A stretch of 64,000 nucleotides of DNA, taken from NCBI RefSeq assembly GCF_963506605.1, contig NC_083277.1:94116001-94180000 (forward strand). Reading direction: 5' to 3'. The stretch is from Zootoca vivipara (lineage: Eukaryota). Below the pieces are notes generated by a model. It saw nothing but the letters and a program-made list of their open reading frames with translations. It had not been told where the DNA came from and ran no database searches. Below are positions 56,101 through 64,000 of this stretch, one piece after another. A program made the translations under genes and the position numbers. Within the stretch, counting starts at the first letter, position 1. Each line of letters begins with the position of its first letter.

Positions 56101-59100
56101 CCCCTGACCGTTAGGTCCAGTCATGACCGACTCGTGTTGCAGCGCTCATCTCATGTTATTGGCCAAGAGAGCTGGCGTACAGCTTCCAGGTCATGTGGCC
56201 AGCATGACTAAGCCGCTTCTGGCGAACCAGAGCAGCACACGGAAACGCTGTTTACCTTCCCGCTGTTTATCTACTTGCACTTTGACGTGCTTTTGAACTG
56301 CTAGGTTGGCAGGAGCTGGGACCGAGCAACGGGAGCTCACTGTCGCGGGGATTTAAACCGCCGACAGCAAGCCCTAGGCTCTGTGGTTTAACCCACAGCG
56401 CCACCCACGTCCCACACTTTGAAATGTTACAGTGCAAGTCTCATTCTTGCCACCTGCACACCAATCTGAAGTCTGGCACATGTTTTTCAGTAGGAGTTGT
56501 CTAGTTTGGAAGAGCTGCCCATTTCCTTCATTACAATGTCACCGTTTCCTTCAACCCATTGCACTCCAACCAACAATTCTGCTATTATTCCAGGAAGATT
56601 TCCAAATCACAGATACAACAACTACTTCCTCAAAAGTTCATTTCCCTCGTGAACACTGATCTGTGACAACCTATGATCATATTACACAGAAGCATAATAA
56701 CACAATACTCATCCTGTTCATGCGGCAATTAAGAGAAAATGCCCCATCTTGACAAAGCTCTACCAACTCTCTTTCAGGAAAGAAAAAGAAGAAAAGGTTC
56801 TTAAAGCAGATATGAAACACTAAAGGTAGTTATGCACATGCACTGTCTCCAGCTATGCAGTAAAAGCATTACAATGGAAAAATACTATTCAGTACCTTGC
56901 ATATTATATGAAAAAGTTCCTGTGAGAAGCAGCGGCTGTACGGGTGGTGCAGTGCCCATACAGCAGCCATTTGCTTGCTGAGGTCCATGTCTAGGAACAG
57001 ATGAGGTCAAGAGAGCTCTGTTGTGAGATGTAGATGAGGGATAAACAGGGCAGCTCTGGACTCTGGACACTGCGCATTCTGATACTCCTGAGCTGATGGG
57101 AGAAGGAAGCTCCCCTTCATGCAGGTCTTCAGAAAGTTCAGTTTCAGCATCCAAGGAAATGGGTGTGCAAGTATTTTCAAGCTGAGTTACTGATAAACAA
57201 GGGTTAGGTTCACTCTCTGATAAGTAAGAGATGGCAGTGCTATTGTCCTCAGGTGGTGCTAAGAGATGAGGGGCATTGTCCTTTTCTTGATAGTCAACGC
57301 AAGGGAATGACGGGTTTGTTGGAGAGTCTCCAGCATTTGGCAGCTTTAAGTTACTAACTTCTTGATTGTCACATTCTTCCACTTCAATGGGGGTGGGGTG
57401 GGAAAGAAAAATAGAATATTTTAATAATTAAATCTATTTTAAATAATGGCAAGCAGAATTCTAATGCCACCCAGAACGTCTGCCAAATATGTATATTTAA
57501 AATCATAAACGGCTAGTTTTTAGCTAAAAGAAAGCAAACTTATTTCAGAGTAGAATTCAGTATGGCAAAAAATACATGCAGCTGTTTAATGTACATATAG
57601 AATCAATCCAGAGAGCTGGATTAGCAAATCTATGGTTCATGGAAGAAACATCCTGCCGAAATTTTATTTGCTTATTGGAATTGGTAAGTGAAAAGATGTA
57701 TGTACACACATACAGGCCAAAGCTGCATTGCTGAAGAAATACTCTTTAATCTGTACCCCAGCTTTAATTTGACGTTCTGGGGGGCTATACTTTTCTGGAG
57801 TGAATTGGAGAAGAGGCATTTTTAGGTTCCCAGTATACCATACTCTGCTTGACCATCTGTCCAAATTCCTAGAAGCCACCATGACCAAAGGAATGGAATC
57901 TAAGTATTACAGAATCTGACTGGCACAAGAGCTCTCATTTACTGTAATTGAACAGCATGTGCAAAACAATAGTTAAAAAAAATTTCTGGTCCTATATACA
58001 GTTACTCAGAAAGAAGTCCAAAAAAGGGCAAGGGGATTACCCCAAACTCCTATATCAGGCAGCTCCCCAATTGCAGTCAGGTCAGTAAATCCTGGTCATA
58101 AGTCTACCTTTGTTTTAGATGAGACAAGCAGCAAGGAGCAAAGCTTTCACTGTCATTGCTCTCAGGCTTTGGGATGCCCAGCCTAAGGTACAGAGCAAGT
58201 CTTTGTTGTTGCTGGGATTTCCCAGAGGATGAAAAACGTGTTTTGTTCATTGACTTTTAGCTGATGTGACTAGTTCTGTTTTACATTTAAAGCTGTTTTA
58301 ATTTATGTGATATTAAAACTGTTGCTAACATCTTTAAGCCTCATAGGAAAACGGCCTATAAAAGCTTAAAACAAATAAAATTAAAACTGCAGCCTCAGTT
58401 TCTCTAGCCCACAAACAGCCTCACATAATATTCTGCCTGTAACTGTAAATAGGAAGTCTTGTCTTCCTTGGGAACTTATCAGGGACTGATGAAAAGATCA
58501 GAGATGGCAGATAACTTGTCTGAAAAATGCAGTGCATCTAATACATTACATTAGTTCATAGTATATTTTTGGAAAGACAAATTCAATATGTCGAGTATAC
58601 CTCCCAGAAGCTTTCTGATTTCTTTCTTTGAAGTTAAATGTGCTGCCAGCTCTCCATTAACTGTGAAAATCTCTTTATCAGCTTGAGAATCCAGCAGGTA
58701 AGAAACCACTTGGGTATGATTCCGCTTGCAAGCCCAGTGCAAACATGTCCTGTAAAAGTTAAACCTATTTGTTAGTAAGCATTTGTAAAGTTACCGTGTT
58801 TCTCATATTATAAGACACGTCTTATATTTATTTTTTCCTCAAAAAAACACACTATGGCTTATTTTCAAGGGATGTCTTATTTTTTTCCTCCTCCTCCTGC
58901 CGCGGCCGGCATTGCTGCTGCGCCTATCACTATGTCTTATTTTCGGGGTATGGCTTATATTCCTTGAATGCTTAAAAATCCTGCTATGGCTTATTTTATG
59001 GGTATGTCTTAAAATATGAGAAACAGGGTATTACTCTGAAAGTCACTGTTTTGTATCATTAAATGTCCGCATGATGTGTACCATGAGAGCTGCTTTAAAA

Positions 59101-62062
59101 ATGCTAAAATTTGCAGAGATGAAACAATTACACCTTGTCTATTGATCCAGATTGTTACGGTAGTTGTACTTATTTTCCACTTACAGGTAGGTAGCCATGT
59201 TGGTCTGAGTCAAAACAAAATAAAAAAATTCCTTCAGTAGCACCTTAAAGACCAACTAAGTTTTTATTTAAGGTCTTTAAGGTGCTACTGAAGGAATTTT
59301 TTTTTCCACTGACCTCAATATAATTCAAGTCATGACCAATTTCTTCCATTGATTACAATGGGACCTAAGTTCAACTAAGTTCAAACTTAGTCTGAATCCA
59401 ATCTTATATGTTACTGCTATGCAAGAATGAAGGCTTCGTGACCAGGCTGAGGTTTATTTTCTGTTGTAAATCAACAGGCCCAATTTGACTGTGCAGTCAA
59501 AGCTTGCTTATTGAGCTAGCATTCAACACCATAAGCTGGAGAGGGAGAGAATAATGTTTAAGCTAAATGACAGCTAATGTTTAAGCTAACTAATGCTCAT
59601 AAAGGTACAGTTGTCCTTGATGCACATACATGCTTCTTTTGTTTTACTGGTTTCATTTGCACATCACAGGAGAAGCAACCAGAAGAGTTTGCACCTATGG
59701 CACTTGCTCAGAATTCCAAGGCCCAAAAGTATTGTCCGTTTTCAGTATCAAATTCAACCCCAATATCTCTCATACTGGGCCGTTTTTGTCAATTTCGCAT
59801 GGCCCTTTGCAAGCAATAAAGCAGGCACAAGAGTGTTGCAGCCAAGAAGATGGCTACATGCCTAAAGGCAGTAGCAGCCAGTGGAGTGGATTGCATTGTG
59901 CAGGTGCAGCAGCAGAGCCAATGCAACCCTCCCAACACCTTGTCCCTCCATTCTCGGCTACTGGTAGCGATCACCATGTTGGGAAGCCAGAAGTGGAACA
60001 CACCCCGCACTCTGCCCCTATCGGGCTCTGCTAAATATCACACACACATCCTCCCTTTGTACTGGAACAAATATTAGCCATATGTATTATATGCTACCAT
60101 CTCATCATGCCTGAGTGTTACTGCAGCAGTACAATCTCCAGTCCTGAGCTGAGCGGGGGGGGGGGGGGCAGGAAGACTGCTGCCTGCCAGCTTACAGGTA
60201 GGTAGCCGTGTTGGTCTGAGTCGAAGCAAAATAAAAAAATTCCTTCAGTAGCACCTTAAAGACCAACTAAGTTTATATTTTGGTATGAGCTTTCGTGTGC
60301 ATGCACACTTCTGGAAGAAATAGACTGGAAAGAGAAGTTGCTGAATTGCAACTTATCACCAAGCTCAAAACCATGGAGGGACCTGGTTTGAACAGAGATA
60401 TCGGGTTCTTATCTCATTATACATGATAAGCGATCTTCAGCCATCTCAACCCTTGCTTTTTCATGCAAAACCATTTGCAGTCGTTTGCGGTCATCAACAG
60501 CTATCAGTCAGTCAATCACCCATTTCCACCACCCTTCTGAGTGATCCCCCCTCCCCATCCCCACCCCTCCCCACCCCTTCTCTACATAAGTGCCTGGAAA
60601 CTTCCATTTCACTGTATCTGAAGAAGTGTGCATGCACACGAAAGCTCATACCAAAATAAAAACTTAGTTGGTCTTTAAGGTGCTACTGAAGGAATTTTTT
60701 TTATTATTATTTTAAAGCAAATGAATTATACAGCACCAATTAACTCCATCAGAAGGGCATTTTCTAAGCCATCATATTCACAATTCAAACCTTTAGGACT
60801 TGCAGTGACGGTCATAATTATAAGACTAATATGCTGCCAGACCACAAGCCCTGAATATGAGTGCACTGAAGGACCCAAGTTGCAATTTTAATGAAAGAGC
60901 CACTCATGGCAACAGTATAGGATTCAGAGAGCAAAACAAAGGCATGCAAACTACTTCAATGACCAAATTACCGTAAAAAGCCTTCAATCAGACACAATTT
61001 GAAAAACCTGAAACCCCACACTTTTAAGCCTCCTCTGCTTGCACTCACACAATCGTATAGAGGTAATCACGAAGACACACGTCACATAAATCCTTGTGCT
61101 CACTGGATGTGATTTAATAGGAGAGGAACTGTAGCTCAGGGGTAAATGGTATACTTTGCATGCATAAAGTGTCAAGTTCATAGGAACAGAAGGGCCCTGC
61201 TGAATCAGACCAAAAGCCCACCTGGTCAGACATCCTGTTCCCACACTGGCCAAACCTATGAGAAGCTCACAAGCAGCACATGAGCAAAACAGCACCACTT
61301 TTCCCAATTGTGTTCCCCAGCAATGGCGTTCATACTGCCTTCAGTACTGGAGACAGTACAGAGCCATCATGACTAGTACCTGATAGCTTTATCCTCCATG
61401 AATTTGTCTAACCCCCTTTTGAAGTCATTCAAGTTGTTGATCACTACATCCTGTGGCAGCAAATTCCATTATGTTTAAATATGTACACTGTGTGTCCTAC
61501 TCAATTTTTGCTTAGGCAGAGGTGTCTAAGACTCTCTTCCAACTGGCAGTGGCTCTCTAGACAATATTGGACTAGATCCAATGGTAGCTCTTTGTATATT
61601 GTTGGACTGTAACTCTCATCAATCCCAGCCAGCAGGGCCAAAAGACAGGGACAGCAGGAGCTGTAGGCAAACAACATCTGGAGAACTACAGGTTAGACAT
61701 ACTAGGGCTCTAGAGCCCAGTGCTCTGCCTCTTGAGCAAAGCTGCTTCGTGTGCAAGGTTTTGTGAGAACACCTGTCTTCAGATTTGGGGAGTTTTCATG
61801 GGAATAGTACTACAGGCACTCTCCCTACAAGGGCATCTTTAGACTCATTCCTATACAACAGGGGTTCCCATTTGCTCAAAGCCTGTAACAATTCTCCCAT
61901 ATAAGAATTTGCATTAGAAAAATAATAGAAGCTGTGCTTGATCCTTTGGGGAGAACACGGGATTATGTCATCTGCTTTCTGTTCTCTGTGACCTGAATAA
62001 CACAATGGCTAAGAGCCAAACTGCACAACTACATGTTATGCAGGGGATTTTCCACTAATAAT

Positions 62063-62097
<35 letters not shown>

Positions 62098-63152
62098 TGG
62101 ATCAGAACAGTGGCACTGGGCAAGAGTTTTACTTGAACCTCTCCCCTCACACCAGTTCCCCAAGATAATAAACCCCTTGTCCCTCAGGGGACTAGCACTG
62201 CTGCTCTGATCAAATTAACTCCTCCCTCCCAATCACAATGGCTCATCTTAGAAGTGAAAATCAATGTGCTGGAAGATTCATCACAGTTCTGAGTAAACTG
62301 AAGGCAGGCTCTCAGAGTGATAGCTTGGGAGTCTCCAAATGTCAGCCCCACCAACATTTATCTCATTTTGAGCAGCACTTACTCATAGGTTCCCTATAAA
62401 TATTATTATAACAAATATTAAATGTCTGCAATTATGAGAAAATAGTGGTCTTGACCTGCCTTGTAGGGCTAAAGCTGCTTGAACAGGAACACACACACAC
62501 ACACACACCTGGATGTTATTATGAAAGGTTTGTGACTGATGGCTGGGCAAATGTGTGATTTGTTCATACTGGCTCTATTTTCCCAGGAGTCTGTAGAACC
62601 AAAGCCTGAAAGGAATTTCTGCTTAGAATTTCATAACCAGGCAGCCCACTAATCAGGATGAAGCCACGACATCTGACCCATCTATTCTTGTCAGATGCTG
62701 GTGAGATTTTGCCCACCCCCGTGGGGAGCGTTTCTGTAACTTGCCTTTAAGATGAACTCCCAGTAAACACGCATTTCAGAGCCAGACGGAGGGGGGGGCA
62801 CGGGAACACACAGGGGGGAAAGATGCTCTTGGACACGGGTACAGAGGGTACACATTGGCTGAAGTTGCATTTGCGTGTAACGTGTTGCTGGCGGTTGCCT
62901 CACCATATACAGCCTCGGAAGTAAGTGTATTAGCGACGATGGCTGCTGCCCTGCTGCTAACAACGGGAATAAGGAGCACAGCGCGGAGGGGCTGGGGGAG
63001 CAGGCGAGAAAATGAGAGGCGTCTTACCAGCCATTGATCTCATTCTGGGCATTCACCTCCACCCCCTTGTCGAGCAGCGTCTGCACCTCCTCTAGGTCGC
63101 CTAGTGCAGCAGCTTCCCTGAGCCTCTCCTCCAGCTCCAGGTGGCTGCTCAT
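53006..63152 (-). CDS. ANKRD40CL: Full-length ANKRD40 paralogue at the ANKRD40CL locus, 359 aa; exons 63152-63028, 58749-58601, 57381-56896, 55119-54944, 53149-53006
   Basis: Five GT-AG exons (125+149+486+176+144 = 1080 nt) form an intact ORF with the same intron phases as ANKRD40. The symbol rests on synteny (downstream of LUC7L3, minus strand) and the shorter QNPKENDF loop, which I recall from human ANKRD40CL. Confidence 0.88.
53588..53708 (+). mobile_element. Short tRNA-head SINE with CR1-type tail
   Basis: gtagctcagttggttagagc (A box), then ggttggactagatgatcc...ccttccaactatgattct. Confidence 0.75.
54944..55119 (-). CDS. ANKRD40CL: ANKRD40-like paralogue exon 4
   Basis: tag|AA CTG GTA ... 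AAG|gtaagg, 176 bp. Confidence 0.93.
56089..56416 (-). mobile_element. Full-length Sauria SINE with 13-bp TSD CTTTGAAATGTTA
   Basis: TSD at 56076-56088 and 56417-56429; same family as 36890 and 27347. Confidence 0.93.
56896..57381 (-). CDS. ANKRD40CL: ANKRD40-like paralogue exon 3 (linker)
   Basis: aag|TG GAA GAA ... CAA G|gtactg, 486 bp open; matches ORF 56885..57382. Confidence 0.88.
58601..58749 (-). CDS. ANKRD40CL: ANKRD40-like paralogue exon 2 (ankyrin repeat)
   Basis: cag|G ACA TGT ... GGA G|gtatac, 149 bp; branch point TACTAAC on the minus strand at 58777-58771. Confidence 0.92.
58794..59028. mobile_element. Tigger-like MITE, same family as 34728-34974, opposite orientation
   Basis: TA|CCGTGTTTCTCATATTATAAGACA ... 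TGTCTTAAAATATGAGAAACAGGG|TA. Confidence 0.88.
59181..59305. mobile_element. Penelope-like terminal fragment folded into an inverted repeat
   Basis: ttacaggtaggtagccatgttggtctgag...agcaccttaaagaccaactaag followed by its reverse complement. Confidence 0.75.
60192..60703. mobile_element. Penelope-like element with inverted terminal copies (60192-60311 and ~60613-60703)
   Basis: agcaccttaaagaccaactaag...gagctttcgtgtgcatgcacacttc and its reverse complement, the arrangement typical of truncated squamate Penelope insertions. Confidence 0.75.
61120..61495. mobile_element. tRNA-SINE head (+) abutting a CR1 3' fragment (-)
   Basis: gtagctcaggggta...tttgcatgc, then ctgctgaatcagaccaaaagccca...catcctgttcccaca...tcactacatcctgtggcagcaaattcca. 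Confidence 0.65.
62066..62096. repeat. (GT)n microsatellite
   Basis: Direct reading. Confidence 0.95.
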
Positions 63153-63610
63153 CCTCTCTCTGCCCCCCTTCCCCACCGCTCTCCTGGAGGGCTGACCCAG
63201 AAGTGCCCCTTGCACACCCTTGCAGGGATCTCTCGCTCCGGGAGTGGGAGCTCCTGCCACCGCCGCCGCAGCTAGAGCAGCTCCTCCTTGCCCAGCTCCC
63301 TCTCGTCTGCGGGACTCTATTCTCAGTGACACACCAGGCAGAAGCCTCTGGTTCCTACGTGCCCAGGCAGAGCTGGGCCGGTCGAAAGGTGGGCTGGGGA
63401 AAGAGAGGGAAGAAATCCCTCCGGAGGTGTAAAGGGCCCTGTTCGCATCGCATCCGCAGGCGAGAGATTGAGAAGCGAGCAGGGAGGGCAGCCGCCTCTT
63501 AGAACGCTCGGATTAGTGATGCTGAGCCCCGTTGCCCTGGCAACGAAGGGATTCTGAGAGATGAGCAAGTCACTGAGGAGCCTCAGCGGCGGCCAGAGCC
63601 CAAATGCTTC
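62690..63610 (-). promoter_or_regulatory. CpG island/promoter of the ANKRD40 paralogue, with RFX X-box GTTGCCCTGGCAAC at 63531-63544
   Basis: GC/CpG-rich around exon 1; 13/14 match to palindromic X-box GTTGCCATGGCAAC. Confidence 0.7.
63028..63152 (-). CDS. ANKRD40CL: ANKRD40-like paralogue exon 1 (MSSHLELEERLREAAALGDLEEVQTLLDKGVEVNAQNEINGW)
   Basis: ATG at 63152; TG|gtaaga donor. Confidence 0.9.
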
Positions 63611-64000
63611 TAACAGCAGCAACAAATTACAACACAGGGGTTTGAACAATGTGCAGGAGCTCCTTTTGAAGTGGCTTTCTAAGGTTGTTTATGAAGGCTT
63701 GTGCAGAACCTTGCCATAGCCAACTGATTTTAATTATCCTGTGTTGTTGGGTTTTGTTTTAAAGCACAATGAATGGGTAAAAAGGCATTTCTAAGGAAAC
63801 CAATTCCTCACAAACCACTTGCTGAAAGCACGAGATGAACGTGACACATGCCAGGGACCTGGCTCCTTATTTACACGCTTGGAAGAGAGACCTTGGGCCA
63901 CGGTTTGGACCACGATTCAGTGAGCCTTGCCATACTTAAGAACCGTAGATTTGTGGAGTTGGAAGGGACACCCCCCCACACACAAGGGTTATCTAGTCCA

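Noticed and set aside
63153-63332. In-frame open extension upstream of the paralogue ATG
   Set aside because: No AUG; stop-poor GC-rich sequence; homology to ANKRD40 begins at MSSHLELEERLRE.

Overview
Vertebrate genomic DNA, almost certainly a squamate and probably a lacertid lizard, judged from the Sauria SINEs, Penelope ends and Tc1/pogo and hAT MITEs. It covers the conserved ABCC3 - ANKRD40 - LUC7L3 - ANKRD40CL block. Exons were reconstructed by hand from splice sites and reading frame. (1) The last six coding exons of ABCC3/MRP3 (+, 1935-10434). (2) A complete 5-exon ANKRD40 (-, 28382-17796, 363 aa). (3) A complete 10-exon LUC7L3 (+, 31737-49447, 431 aa) with a complex alternatively spliced 3' end and a 290-N assembly gap in its 3' UTR. 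(4) A second intact 5-exon ANKRD40 paralogue (-, 63152-53006, 359 aa) at the ANKRD40CL position; unlike the short human protein as I recall it, it keeps its ankyrin repeats, and it has an RFX X-box upstream. Most worth following up: the full-length ANKRD40CL; the LUC7L3 terminal splice switch (competing donors, a hairpin, and an alternative C-terminus that appears frameshifted relative to human); an unexplained ~1.3 kb inverted-repeat-bounded segment with decayed coiled-coil coding between ABCC3 and ANKRD40; and tandem CTCF-like motifs in a Helitron-like fragment. No prokaryotic features, CRISPR arrays, rRNA or true tRNA genes were seen. Comparisons to human sequences are from memory and need checking by alignment.
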